Assembly: GCF_963921235.1 (NCBI RefSeq)
Contig: NC_086118.1
Span: 18,726,001-18,790,000 of the forward strand
Direction of reading: 5' to 3'
DNA from: Mobula hypostoma
Taxonomy: Eukaryota
Length of the DNA: 64,000 nucleotides
The position numbers and the translations under genes are program-made. This document shows, piece by piece, positions 49,377-62,924 of the stretch. The notes below the pieces were generated by a model. It was not told the origin of the DNA. It made no database searches and saw only the letters and a program-made list of their open reading frames with translations. The first letter of the stretch is position 1. Every line of letters starts with the position of its first letter.

Positions 49377-51942
49377 CGAGTTCTTCCAGCAGTTTTTTTT
49401 TGCTCCAGATTACAGAATCTACAGTCTCCTGAGCCTCCATATGTAAGGGCATGAGGGGTAGGAGGATGAAGTGAATTCTCTCTCAGCTCTTCAACATGTG
49501 TACTTTACCCAGAATCACATTTACAAAATTACCCGAATGCTTAGTTGCCTTAAATCCAGAGATATATCTGACTTCATAATGCTTATTTCTGACATTTCTG
49601 TATTTCAGACATTTGCCTGCACTGGAATATTATAAATACCAAAATATAACAAATATAAATAGTATATAGAGCTGCACAACAAATGCTTTATTGACAATGT
49701 CTTTCATGAATATATTGCTAGGTGAGAATATAGATAAGAAATCGAGAATAAAAAGCAGTCAGACATTAAGTAGGATGTCAGGTCACCTTATTTAGTACTT
49801 TTTACTGAAACAGTATCTTAGTAAGTTTGTTTACTTTAAATTTTGTTACATGTTCAGGTAATGGTTGAATTACATAGATTTTATGTTATTATTAGAATTT
49901 TACAAATGTCATTGCTTAGCACATCATCAAAAATATTCTGTTTTCAATATCGTCTGTCAATTTAATTACGTTCTATAAGATAAAGCAGTGCAATTGATTT
50001 GCACTGGAAATTCTTATTATCAATTAATCAGGTCATTTGAGCCCGAAGTAATTAGGTAGGTTAGAGAACTACTTTGGGATTGATCACTGGTTTCTTATTT
50101 ACTATTATTTGTCATCATAAATTTGAGGGAACAGGTACGTGTATATTGTTTCTGGAAAGCGATAGCCTCAATTCATCACAATTTGTTCCTTCACTTCATA
50201 AATAAACAGTAGCTTTTAAATAGCTTCTTTCTCTCACTCAGAATGACTCATTTTGTGTGTGGCTTTTGCCATATGGAAGGTTTATTTTTTTTAATTATTG
50301 GTGGCAGCTTGTTCAGGGAAATTGAATATTTCCTGGTGTGAAATTATTAGCTGGTTTTATTGGACATGGCCTACGGTGGCACCTATGTAATTGCCAAGGA
50401 CTGAAATGAGAGAGGAAACAGGGTTAGGATATGATATGCTTTGCTATGATAAATTTTAATGCCACAAATCATATGTAGAAATGTAGTTGATACTAGAATG
50501 TCAAAATGTGGCAAAACCTATATATATATATACCTATACAGAACAAGTCCTGTCAAAGCCATTATAATTTTAGTACAATACTTTGGCTTTGAGTGTTGTA
50601 GATTTATGAGCAGAGATACTTCTGAGAGGTCAGCTGCTTCCAGCTGTGTCAGCAACCCTGTTGCAATGAAAAGGGTTGATAATTTCCTGGTCTTGCATCA
50701 TTTTTGCTTTCCTGAATTCTAATGGAAACAAGGTGCTGAATTATGACATCATCTGACCTAGGACACCACAGATGGAACAAGGAACAGGGATTCGGGTTAT
50801 GATTTAAATTATTGATTAAATCTACATACATCTCAACAGAGACATATATGAATATTGTTGTTGTGGAAACACATTTAATTCATTTAAAAAAATAAGAGAA
50901 TGTCAGAAGTAATTTCCAGCGCAAGTCATGAAAATGCCTTTCATCAGTCTGGCCTTGAGATAGTTCCTGTCAAAAGTTTGTATTTGTATTCTGCTGTAAG
51001 TTGGCAATTTGGTGGATATTAAATAATTAAATTGGTTCTTCAGCCAGTTTGGTAATTTAACCACTTGTAACACCAATGAATTAAAACGAAAATCTACCTC
51101 ACTTGCTGAAAATAGTTCTGAATGTTTTTCAGTAGGGTAATACGTATCTCATTGCCCATTCAAGGCTTTATGCACTAATGTCATCAGTTATTACTCAATC
51201 ACTGTATAACAATCCTGATGTTTAGTAATACAATGCAGCATAAGCCCATACTGCCATAGTGTATACAGTACATTGTGTATGCAATATTGAATATGGGGAA
51301 TTATTCACAGAAATAGTGCAGGTCAAAAAACACCTCCAAACACAATAAACATCAATTGTAAGAGTACAGTAATAAGTGGCTTTTATGAATATTTTTTTAC
51401 CCTGTAACTGTAATTCCTATAGGTATATCTAAAACAAATGTATAAATCATGGCTTATTTACTGGAAATCGAGCAGCTTCAGCTATGGCTTATATATATGA
51501 ATCTAATATAGATTTTGATGAATGAAAATTAAATATTTTTCAAGACAATATAATTTAGCTTGGAATGGACAAAATTAAGCAAGCTAACTTGGATTAGTGT
51601 TTTCTTTTAGTGTATGCTGTTTTAATGTGCTAAATCCCCAGAACTTTCTATTTTTGTTTTGTACTTATTATTTTTCTCCTGGCCTTTAGGCTCTGTTATG
51701 TCTCACACCACTTCCTGCTTGAGGGAATAGTTCCACTAGCTGGAACCTGGTCTCTTTCCCCCATGTTGTTATGTAATGAATTGCTCGCAGGTGCAGTACA
51801 GCTGCTCCTCTCGTGTGCTCATGAAGCACTTCAATATCATGGGTAGTTTGGGATGAATGCAGGAACTTAACTTTGATTGGAGTCTTGGTTGTGAGCCTGA
51901 ATCTTGCTAAATAAAGAATGTTCTTTTGAAACAGAGTGAACG

Positions 51943-52005
51943 ATGATAGAATCACAAAGTCATACAGAACAGAAACAGACCCTTTGACCGACCATATCAT
52001 TATTC
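51943..52005 (-). mobile_element. CR1/HE1-type 3' tail fragment
   Basis: ATAGAATCACAAAGTCATACAGAACAGAAACAGACCCTTTGACC. Confidence 0.6.
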
Positions 52006-52084
52006 CTATATAATCTTATTTTTTCAACCCACCAGCTTCACCCCCATTCCCTGATTGTACCAGTGACCTATATATTTGGGTCTT

Positions 52085-53325
52085 TGGGGCACTTGGAGGC
52101 ACACAATATAACAGGCCAAAGTCAGCATGATTTCTTAAGGGGAAATCTTGCCTGATAAATCTGTTGGAATTCTTTGAAGAAATAACAGGCAGGATAGACA
52201 AAGGTGAGTCTGTGGATGTTGTTTATTTGGATAGAAGGCCTTTTCACAAGGTGCTGCACAAGACGCTGCTAAATGAGATAAGAGCCCACGGTATTACAGG
52301 AAAGATACAGAAGATTGGCTGACTGGCAAAAGGCAAAGAGTGGGATTAAAGGGATCCTCTTTTAGTTGGTAGTCCGTGACTAGAGCTGTTCCACAGGGGT
52401 CCGTGCTGGAACCTTTTCAAATTATGTCGAGGACCTGGAGGACAGAGTTGATGGCTTTGTGGCCAGAATTGCATATGATACAACAATAGGAAGAGTGGCG
52501 GGTAGTTTCGAGGAAGCAGAGAGGCTGCAGAAGGACTTGTACGGACTAGGAGAATGGGCAAAGGAGAGGTGGATGGAATTCAATGTAGGGAAGTGTATGG
52601 TTATGTATTTTGGAAGAAGGAATAAAGGTTTTGGCTGTTTTCTAAATGGGGAGCAAATTCAGAAAGTGGAGGTGTAAAGCAGCTTGGGGCATTAGTGTAG
52701 GATCCCTAAATGCTAACTTGCAAATTGATTTGGTAGTATGGAAGATAAATGTAATGCAGGCATTCATTTTGAGAGGACTAGAATATAAAAGCAAGGATAT
52801 AATGCAGAAACTTTATAAGGCATGGTCAGACCACGTTTTAAGCATTGTGAGCAGTTTTGGACCCTATACTAAGAAAGGATGTTCTGGAACTGGAGAGAGT
52901 CCAGAGGTGTTTTACTAGAATGATCCTGGGAAAGAAAAGGTCAAGATATGAGAAGAATTTGATGGTTCTGGGCCTGTACTTGCTGGATATTGAAAGGCCA
53001 AGATAGAGTGTACTTTCAAAGGATGTTTCCAATAGTGCGAGATTCTAGGAGCAGAGGGCGCAGACTCACAAGGATGCCCTTTTAGAACACAGTTAAGGAG
53101 GAATTTCTTTAAGCAGGGGTTGGTGAATCTGTGGAACTCATTGCCACAGGCAACTGTGGAGGCCGAGTTATTGGAGGTTGATAGGTAATGAGTAAGGGCA
53201 TTGAAGGTTACGGGGTAAAGGCAGGAGAATGAGGTTGAGTGGGAAAATAAATCAACTGTGATTAAATGGCAGAGCATTCGCAATGAGCAGAATGGCCTAA
53301 TTCTGCCCCTATGTCTTGTGGTCTT
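52085..53325 (+). mobile_element. CR1 LINE RT region and 3' end
   Basis: QHDFLKGKSCLINLLEFFE remnant, VPQGSVL, RLQKDL; 3' end AATGGCCTAATTCTGCCCCTATGTCTTGTGGTCTT. Confidence 0.9.
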
Positions 53326-53327
53326 GA

Positions 53328-53522
53328 GGACAACTTACTGTGGCCAGTTCACAGACCAACTGAGCATCTTTGGGATATGGAAGGAAACGGAGGCACCTGT
53401 GGTAAATACACATTGATAGGGTAAATGTGAAATCACAGCACAGACAACATAGATTTGAATTGAACTTGGCTTTATGAAGCTGTAGGCAGGAACTCGGATA
53501 TCTCTGCCATTGCGCCACCCTA
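53328..53522 (-). mobile_element. Degenerate V-SINE
   Basis: CATCTTTGGGATATGGAAGGAAACGGAGGCACCTG is the reverse of the V-domain. Confidence 0.7.
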
Positions 53523-53769
53523 GTTCGCCAGCATCCTCAGAAAAATCTACAATACACCAGAACTAATTCTGTTTAAATATTTTATTTGGAAAGGCAGTGG
53601 ACATGCAGGGTGGATTAGTGGATGAATAAATAATTGGTTGAGTGATATTATGCTGCCTGTATTATGCGATAAACTATCACAGGGATGATGAAGATAGCCT
53701 ATGCGCCACTGGCCTGTATTTTGTGGGAAAATGCCAACAATATTACATGTAACTACCAGAAATCCCCTC

Positions 53770-54095
53770 AGTTGGTGTCACAGTTAATAAAGCAGCTGCC
53801 TCACAGCCCCAGAAACCTTGGGACCAGCCTGTGTAACCACCCGACACATGTATTTCCTTAGAGTGCTCCAGCTCCCTCCCACATTCAGAAAAAGGGCAGG
53901 TTGCTTGGGTAATCGGCACTGTCGATTGTCCCTTGTGAGTGGTAAGTGGTAGAATCCGGAGTAAGTTGCTGAGAATGTGGTGAAAATTTATTTTTTAAAA
54001 AGTAGGGGTATTGTATGATTAGAGCACATAGGTGTTTGATGATCAGTGATTTGATGATTTTCTGAAGGACCTGTTTCATGCCATATAATTCTTGG
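53770..54095 (+). mobile_element. Degenerate V-SINE
   Basis: GCAGCTGCCTCACAGCCCCAG head and GTGCTCCAGCTCCCTCCCACATT V-domain. Confidence 0.65.
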
Positions 54096-54104
54096 GCTCT
54101 AAGT

Positions 54105-55662
54105 CTGTATACTCCCAACATATAGGCGGAGACTAAATACTACACCAGTTGTGACAACCAAGAAGGTATGGTCAAGGGAAGCAGAGGAGCACTTACAGGA
54201 CTACTTTGATTTGATAGACTGGACAATATTCAGGGATTCATCGTTGAGTCTGAATGAATATGCCGCAGTTGTCACCAACTTCACCAAGGCCTGTGTAGAT
54301 GAGCGTGTGTCTTCGAGAACATATCAGACATACCTAAACCAAAAGTTGTGGATGAACCAGGAGACTGAGGGCTAGATTTGTGGCATTCAAGACTGGTGAT
54401 CCAGAAGTATATAAGCAGTCTAGATCATGGCTTGAATCAACTCCTGCCTAAGCAAGGATCTGGACCCACTGCAATTTGCCTATTGCCACAATAGGTCTAC
54501 AGCAGATGCAATCTCACTGGCTCTCCACTTGGCCTTGTATCACCTCGACAATAGTAATATCTACACCAGGCTGCTATTTATTGATTACAGCTCAGCGTTC
54601 AACACAATCATACCCTCAGTTCTAATCAATAAGCTCCAAAATCTGGGCCTCTGTACCTCCCTCTCCAGCTGGATCCTCTACTCCTTCACCAAGAGACCAC
54701 AGTCGATGTGGATCAGAAATAGCATCCCCTCCTTACTGACAATTAACATTGGTGCACCTTAAGGATGTGTGCTTAGCCCACTGCTCTACTACCTCTAAAC
54801 CCACAATTGTGTGGCTGGACACAGCTCAAACGCCTTCTATAAATTTGCTGAAGATACACCTATTGTTGGCAGAGTCTCAGATGGCGATGAGGAGGTGTGC
54901 AGGGCTGAGAGAGATCAGCTGGTTAAGGGGTTTCACAGCAGCAACCTTGCACTCCACATCAATAAGACCAAGGAATTGATTGCGGATTTCAGGTAGGGGT
55001 AGTCGAGGAAACACACATCAGTCCTCATTGAGGGATCAGAAGTGGAAAGAGTAAGCAGTTTCAAGTTCCTGGGTGTCAGCATTATTGAGAATCTATTCTG
55101 GGCTCAACATATTGATTACAAAGAAAGCACAACAGTGGCTATATTTTATTAAGAATTTGAGGAGATTTGGTATGTCGCCAAAGACACACAATTTTCTACA
55201 GCTGTACCATGGAGAGCGTTCTAACTGGCTGCATTACCATCTGGCATGAAGGGGCTAGGACTGGAAAAAGCTGCAGAAATTTGTAAATTCAGCCAGCTCC
55301 ATCCCGGACTCTAGCCTCCACAGTATCCAGGATGCCTCAAAATCAATAGGGACCCTCACCACCCAGGACATGCTGTCTTCTCATTGCTACCATCAAGGAG
55401 GAGGTACAGGAGCCTGAAGACACACTTGACGGTTCAAGAGCAGCTTCTTCCCCTCGGCCATCAGTCCTCTGATTGGACAATAAATCCATAAACACCACCT
55501 CAGTATTATTTTCCCCTCTCTTTTTTTACTACATATTTAATTTATATTTTAAATATACTTATTGTAATTTATAGTTCTTATCATTATGTTTTGTAATGTA
55601 CTGCTAACGCAAAACAACACATTTTACAACCTATGCCAGTGATATTAAACCTGATTCTGATG
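54105..55662 (+). mobile_element. Rex1/Babar-like LINE, internally deleted
   Basis: LDPLQFAY remnant, [34 protein letters not shown]; tail ATTAAACCTGATTCTGAT. Confidence 0.92.
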
Positions 55663-56417
55663 ACTCTGTGACTCTAAGTTTTGAGGAAATGCGAGCAGGT
55701 ATGCAATTCTGTCTGTAAGCGTGCTGCAAGTTTGGCAATCGCGTGTGCGCACACTTGAGCATAATAGTTGCAAGTGATTGATTGCACTTCGCAAATTAAC
55801 CCTTTCTCGACTGCAGTACTCACAGATGAAAACAAAATCATTTGAATTCCCAAAAGAATCCAACAGCCAAACCTGTGCCATATTAATGCAGATCATAATT
55901 AATAACTTCAATAGAGAGACAATGTAAGTATAACATAATTTAAAACATTTTGAATTAATTGTGATCACTTAGATATTTATTAGTTGTATTCATGTGTTCT
56001 CAATTTTGTTCATTTTTTCATATTTAAGGATATGTAATAGGATTAGAGATGTTCAATACAATGTTAACTGCATTTTAAAATGTTTGAATATTTTAGGTAT
56101 TCAGAAATAGTCAATGTTTTTGACAACTTAGTCAGCTGTCAAAGATCTTTTCAAGGCTGTGTTTTATACTAGCCATGTCATATCACACAATAGTATTTAT
56201 ATGCACAAGGCCTTGCTACCATACTGAGTTCCATCACTGAGGATCAGACCATACTCTGCCAGCAGAAAATCAGGCTCACGATGTACATCGGCAATAAGTA
56301 TAGCTTACTGCTGGCTGGAAATCCTGAAATATTTCATGCAAAACCATCTTTGCAACAAAGATTGTGATTTAGTCCTTGCAATGAAACATCACAGTATCCT
56401 GAATATATTAAGATGAT

Positions 56418-56690
56418 AATAACACACAAAAATTGTTAGAAGAACTCAGCAAGCCAGACAAATCTATAGAGGGAATAAACAGTCAACGTTCTGGGTTGAG
56501 ACCCTTCATCAGGAAGGAGGCAGAAGTCAGAATAAGAAGATGGGAGGAGGAGAAGGCGTACAAGCTGGCAGGAGCTAGGTGAGAGCAGGTGACAGGGAAA
56601 GTGGGTGGGTGGAAGAAGTAAGAAGCTGGGAGGTGAAGGTGGAAGAGATAAATGACTGAAGAAGAAGGAATCTAATGGGAGAGGATGCAT
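56418..56690 (-). mobile_element. PLE pLTR fragment with degenerate hammerhead
   Basis: Minus strand CCTGATGAAGGGTCTCAACCCAGAACGTTGAC at 56482-56513. Confidence 0.85.
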
Positions 56691-56814
56691 ATTATCTTCA
56701 ATTGTGGTGGAAACTGGAACTTCTTAATATCTAGTGTAAGACACCTCTTATTTATTATTATTTATCCTCACTATATGAAGTAAAACTAGTCGGTAAATTG
56801 CTTGATTACTGGGC

Positions 56815-57100
56815 ATCAACACAAGAGTGAAAAATTCTCTTTTGCATGCCATCCATACAAATCATTCATTACATCAGTGCGTTGAAATAGTACAAAGCTA
56901 AGCAATAACGGAATGGCACATGGATGATGGAGAAATGGAGGGCTATGTGGGAGGGAAGGATTGATCTTACAGTAGGCTAAAGGTCGGCACAACATCACTG
57001 GCTTAAGGGCCTGTGCCATACTGTAATATTCTATGTTCCAATGAGTACAGGCAAACAATAAGGTTGGTTGTGAGGCCAAGAGTCCATCTTATCATACTCA
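56815..57100. mobile_element. Rex1/Babar tail relic (-) containing a short CR1 3' end (+, ~56918-57040)
   Basis: TTTGCATGCCATCCATACAAATCATT; AGGTCGGCACAACATCACTGGCTTAAGGGCCTGTGCC...TTCTATGTTC. Confidence 0.65.
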
Positions 57101-57139
57101 TGCTACTATCTTGAGGGTTGATGCATTTATGCTATTATT

Positions 57140-58079
57140 ATGCCTCAGGGATCTGTTCTGGGACCCCTACGCTTTGTGATTTTTATAAATGATCTGGATG
57201 AGGAAGTGGAGGGATGGGTTAGTAAATTTGCTGATGACACAAAGGTTGAGGGTGTTGTGAATAGTGTGGAGGGCTGTCAGAGGTTACAGCAGGACATTAA
57301 CAGGATGCAAAACTGGGCTGAGAAGTGGCAGATGGAATTCAATCCAGATGTGTGAGGTGATTTATTTTGGTAGGTCAAGTATGATGGCAGAATATAGTAT
57401 TAATGGTAAAACTCTTGACAGTGTGGAAGATCAGAGGGATCTTGGGGTCTGAGTCCATAGGATGCTCAAAGCTGCTACGCAGGTTAACTCTGTGTTTAAG
57501 AAGGCATACGGTGCATTGGCCTTCATCAATCGTGGGACCATGGTCAGACCCCACTTGGAGTATTGCGCTCAACTCTGGTCACCTCGCTACAGGAAGGATC
57601 TGGAAACCATAGAAAGGATGCAGAGGAGATTTACAAGGATGTTGCCTGGATTGGGGAGCATGCCTTATGAGAATAGGTTGAGTGAACTCAGCCTTTTCTC
57701 CTTGGAGCAATGGAGGATGAGAGGTGACCTGATAGAGGCGTACAAGATAATGAGAGGCATTGATCGTGTGTGTAGTCAGAGACTTTTCCCCAGGGCTGAA
57801 ATGGCTAGCACGAGAGGGCGTATTTTTAAGGTGCTTAGAAGTAGGTACAGAGGAGATGTCAGGGGTAAGTTTTTTATGCAGAGAGTGGTGAGTGCATGGA
57901 ATGGGCTGCTGGCGGTGGAAACGATACGGTCTTTTAAGAGACTCCTGGATGGCTGCATGGAGCTTAGAAAAATAGAGGGATATGTGTAAAGCTTAGATAG
58001 TTCTAAGGTAGGGACATGCTCGGCACAGCTTTGAGGGCCGAAGGGCCTGTATTGTGCTGCAGGTTTTCTATGTTTCTAT
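57140..58079 (+). mobile_element. Relatively young CR1 LINE, RT and 3' end
   Basis: PQGSVLGP, SKFADDTK, VRPHLEYCAQLWSP, FFMQRVVSAWNGL; tail TTTCTATGTTTCTAT. Confidence 0.95.
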
Positions 58080-58429
58080 TTTCACTGAAAATGTGGAATT
58101 TTTCACTACCTTCCTGGAGTTTAAAACTACATGTGCTGAAAAGTTGCATTTTCTCTTCTACAAAATATACATCCCTTACAGGATTCCTACTTTGAAAGGA
58201 TGACTTAAACTGTTTATTAGGGGAGTACAGGAGGAGGTTTTGATGAAAGGAACATTGCATGTTTGATATTGATGCCCTAGTAGGAATACCTTCTTAATTG
58301 TGGGTAATTGGCCATTAACCTGCATGGTACTAAATTAGACTTGAGACGAATGCCTGTATAAATTAACTAATGCTCCATTGATGGTCTGTAAAATCAGAGA
58401 TCTGGAAAACACCTTAAGCTCCAACAAGC

Positions 58430-59000
58430 AGAAGAGGCATTGAGGTGAACGCAGAAGATGAGCGAGAGACTGCCTGCCTTTTGATCGCCACTGGAGAAGG
58501 AGTCCATCAGTGGCTCTATTGCTGTGTGGCTCGTGGTGGCAGGCGGGTAGGCCTCTCTGCCTCGTGTGGTATCCCTCTCTTTCAACCAACGTTGTTGACA
58601 TTGTAGCATGGTATCGTAGTTCTGCGTTTATGGATTGGATGATGGCATTTATGGACTGTGGACTTTTTCAGACTTATGGCTTCTATATTCTGTGCCTTCT
58701 ATTTCCTGTTCCTTTTCCATTTTGTTGTCCAAGGGGAGGGTGGTTAGGGGTTGATATTCTGTTATGAACTGTTACTTTTTTGTGTGGGGGAGGGGTTGAT
58801 TTTTGGGGGTTGATGTTCCTGTCCCATTTTGTGTGGGGGAAGGGGGTTTGATGATCGGGATGCCAGTCTTTTTTGTACAGATGGGGGTGCTGTGTTTGAT
58901 TTTTCTCTCTGAACAACTTTTATGTTCTTTCTTTGTTTCGTGGCTAACTGGAGAATACTAATTTCAGATACGTGCTTTGATAATAAATGAACTTTTGATA
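58430..59000 (+). mobile_element. Non-coding element with Rex1/Babar-type tail, different body
   Basis: GT-rich body ending TTTCTTTGTTTCGTGGCTA...CTTTGATAATAAATGAACTTTTGA. Confidence 0.6.
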
Positions 59001-59247
59001 GTACATTTGGTAAGAGCTAGAATGATTGCTTGTTTGGAAGATGGATTCCTTGGAAGCAAATATTTGAGATCAGTTGGACATCAAAATAGCTCAGCTCAGG
59101 AAACTAGTAGTCCAAGCAAGTGAGATCTAAGTGATTCCATTTTGTACTTAGGTATTCTCTCATTCTATGCTGTATATCTTTCCCTCATTTGTTACTAGCA
59201 GAGTTAGTATCCCAGTTTCTAGTTGCCTATCAGGCAAATTACTTATA

Positions 59248-59553
59248 TAGAAATACAGCAAGGAATATGCCTTTCGAGCAACCCCTGATAATCACAATTT
59301 AACCCTAACCTAATCACAGAACAATTTACAATAACCAATTAACCCACCCGGTATGCCTTTGGACTGTAGGAGGAAACCGGAAGACCTGGGGAAAACCGGA
59401 AGACCTGGGGAAAACAGGAGGACCTGGAGAAAACCCACACATTCTACGGGAAGGACATACAGGGACAGCTTACAGAGGACGCCAGGATTGAATTCTGAAC
59501 TCTGACGCCCCGATCTGTAACAGATTTGCTCTAACTGCTACATTACTGTGGCA
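59248..59553 (-). mobile_element. V-SINE with internal 19-bp triplication
   Basis: Reverse V-domain CTTTGGACTGTAGGAGGAAACCGGA; repeat units at 59373-59429. Confidence 0.88.
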
Positions 59554-60379
59554 CTGGGAGATGTGACAGAATCAGTAACTCACCCAGGGTGCCATGTCAG
59601 GCCCTGAAGCCAACTTTGGGCTTATTTGGAGCAGATATTGGTACCACTGGGTCTGCATGAAGGCAGCACCACTAAGCCAAGTTGGACGTTAATGGATTTT
59701 TACCTTGAGATATTACATGCATTCCAAATAACACATGTGGCACGTTTTTAAACCTGTACAGCTTCTCCTGTGAATAGATCAATGGTTTAAAGTTAGTAAT
59801 AGACATATCCTGAGAACAATATTTTCAAACTTTTTTGCAACCCACTGAGGACATCTATGTACGTTGGCCTAAATCATTGCAGGAGATGGCCACAGATAAT
59901 TATGGCTCTGTTTCTATTCATGAAAAACATATCTCTCTAGTTCTCCAATTGTTGACCTATGGGCCTTAAGCAAAGTGTGCTCCAGTGACAGAGTATATAT
60001 ATATATATTTTTTTTTTCTCTGCACGTACCCAAAGTGGATAACATCAAGAAAGATATGTATTTATGTAATCTCACATGCATTTCTTTCAGGAGATCCCAA
60101 ACTTATTTACAGCAACCATGTATTCCTGAAGAGTAGTCAGAGTTGTAACATAGGAAAGAAGGCAGCCTATTTATATGCGGCATGGTTACACAAACTGCAA
60201 TGTGATATGAAGCAGATAAACTTTTATTTTCAGCTCATTGATGGGGAGGCAGATGTTGGTCCAGTACAAGTGATAACGCCAAGATGAAAGGTGTTATATC
60301 TTACATATTCACTTGGGAAAGCAGAGTATGCTCTTGATTTATTACCTTATCGCAACGTCTGCACCACTCTTTCATGAGC

Positions 60380-60480
60380 ATCGGCCTGGACTTCGGCACT
60401 CAAGACTGTGAAGTGGGACTTGAACCCAGATTCTCCTGACAGAGGCAAGAGTGCTCTCAACTGTGAGCCACAGCTGACAC
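60380..60480 (-). mobile_element. SacSINE1/Deu-SINE-like tRNA head
   Basis: Minus strand GTGTCAGCTGTGGCTCACAGTTGAGAGCACTCTTGCCTCTGTCAGGAG...GGGTTCAAGTCCCAC. Confidence 0.7.
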
Positions 60481-61741
60481 TACTTGAGTCATTTTATATA
60501 GTGAGCCATTTCCTTCCATACCCTGTTATTTGACGATGCAATTGCCATTACAATTTCACTGGGAAGAAACACAATCTTATAAATAAGCAGAAGATATGCA
60601 GGAAGTGAAAAATGTTGGTAATGTATTTGAAAGATCAACTTTTAACCTTGAAAAATTTTCCAACCATTTGGTGTAAAATGCATTTCCCAGTATTAAAAAT
60701 CTAATCAGTAAAATCTAATCAGATAAGATGAGTTATTCGTCGAACTTATGACTAAATTAAAATCTAAATAAAGAATCCTATATGTCCACTGTCACTTTAC
60801 AATGAAATTCTATAGTGAATTGCTAGACTACAGTATGAATCATGAGTTTCTTCAGCTTTGCATGTGTACTGTGACTATAAGCAATCAAGTTGCTAGAAAT
60901 CATAAATAATTAATTCTTATTGTAATAATGTTTTAAATGTTGAACTTCATACTTACATATTCATATTCTCTGGAGAGTTTTCCTCTGGAATTTATACAAT
61001 GCACCAAATTGCTATTCCAAAATGAAGTCAAATTTATCTGATTACATTTCTCGTCATAATATAGATCTTCTAAAATAAAATAAATCCTCAAAATCTTAAG
61101 GGGTGTTTAAAAATGAGAGTAGATCTGGGATGGAAAATATAACTAACGCTATCTTTTTCTTTCTAGCCTAGATTTCATTTCATTCTGACAAAACTCTAGA
61201 TCATGTCAATATGGAACAGTTGATTTGAATGTATGTCATAAACTTACTGTGAGTCATTATGGACATAAAGGCTCAATGAAACAGTGTTATAGATAAATAT
61301 TTAACCTCAAAATTGGTTTTAGAGGGGTCAACAAAGTCCGATATAGACACCACCAAGGTTGCTTATTTTGTTCCCACGGTATTATTTTATCCATGTTGAA
61401 TGATTCTAAAGCTTAAAACTATTTATTCAACCAAAACTCTAATAGAATGTTTGTAATAATTACTTTGACACTTGAGTCTTAGAGGGAGAATTTCCTCCTT
61501 GATTGTTAGAGCTAATTTAAAGTAAATGAAACTGAATGTGTCCAATTGTTTGATGGTGCCTTGTGTTTAGTGCTTATGACCAAAAAAGATCCTAGTAATG
61601 GCAACACAAGGGCTTGATATTCGGGGCTATAAATAAGAAATGAAATGTAATGAGATCTAATAAATTTCTTGACCAAATGCTTCTGCACTGATGTATATTG
61701 AATTATGCACCTTTACCGAAATGGGACCAGACACCCCTACA

Positions 61742-62480
61742 TTCAAGACTCTGGACTCAAGATTGTATAATGTCATTTCCAAAACACAAATAAAAAGGAG
61801 AATGACATAAATTTTATGGTACGAAGAGAAACACAATAAGATAAAGACACAATATAAAAAATGCAATATAAATACATATGATAGCTTATATACATAGATT
61901 GATTTTATGTCTATAATGTGACGTTAGGCAAAGGAGTATCTGTATATAAGGTGACTCTGGTGGTGTGGGTTGGTTAGTGGGTAAAGGTGTTTGTCAGCCT
62001 TTCTGCTTGGAGAAAGTGGGGAAAACAGTCTATAATCAAGGGGGGTAGTCTCATGATATTACTGGGCTTTCCTCCAGCATCTTTCTGTATATATTTCCTT
62101 GAAAGCAGATAGGTTGGTGCTGGTGGTGCATTTGGCAGTTCTAGCTACCTTACTATCTGCTGCAGTGCAATTTCTGTACCATGCAGTGATGTGGCACGTT
62201 CAGATGCTCCCTCCTGCGCATCTGTAGTCTATTGAGTGTGGAGGTCCATAGTGCAGCTCTCGTCAGCCTCCTCACAACGTAGAAACTCTGGTGAGCTTTC
62301 CTGATTGTGTAGAATGTATTCTGGGACCATGAGAGCTTGTGCGAGATGTGCACTCCCAGGAGTTTGAAACTGCTCATGGTTTTCACTGCTGTGCTGCTGA
62401 TGTAAAGAAGAATATGAATGTTGCAAGTTCTGCTGAAGTCAATGACTATCTCCGTTATCTTGTTGACATTGAGGAAGAGG
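61742..62480 (-). mobile_element. Rex1/Babar-like LINE 3' part
   Basis: ORF 62153-62386 contains SSFKLLGVHISHKLSWSQN...RKAHQ. Confidence 0.82.
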
Positions 62481-62924
62481 AATTTGCATTAAGAACATAA
62501 TGTAAAGAAGATAGAAAGAATGGTGTATTTTGTTCAGATTAGACTCTCATACATCTCACCACGCAACCAGTTTGAAGTGCTTTTTTATGAGATTTTGTGA
62601 TTCTAACAAAGGAACAATGGAGTTGGATTTCATTGTGAGTAAATATTGCGCGGCAGTTGAACTTGCTATTGCATATTTGAGTTTTTTTTGTGACTGAGGG
62701 CTGAAAACATTGAAAAAAGAGAAATATCACCTTAACCAATTTGATTAAAGAAATGTAAAATCAATTAACACAAGTTCTATGAAAGAATTTCGGTTGGAAC
62801 AGGTGGATTTTCAGTTTCCTACCTCCGTTTCAGGGAAAAGTAACCACTACAGCTCTTGACTATAAGTCCTCTCAACTTACAATATATCCAAAGTGGACTC
62901 CATTGTACCTGTTTTGAAGAGGCC

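Noticed and set aside
59373..59429. CRISPR-like array
   Set aside because: These are adjacent tandem units without spacers inside a eukaryotic SINE, and there are no cas genes.
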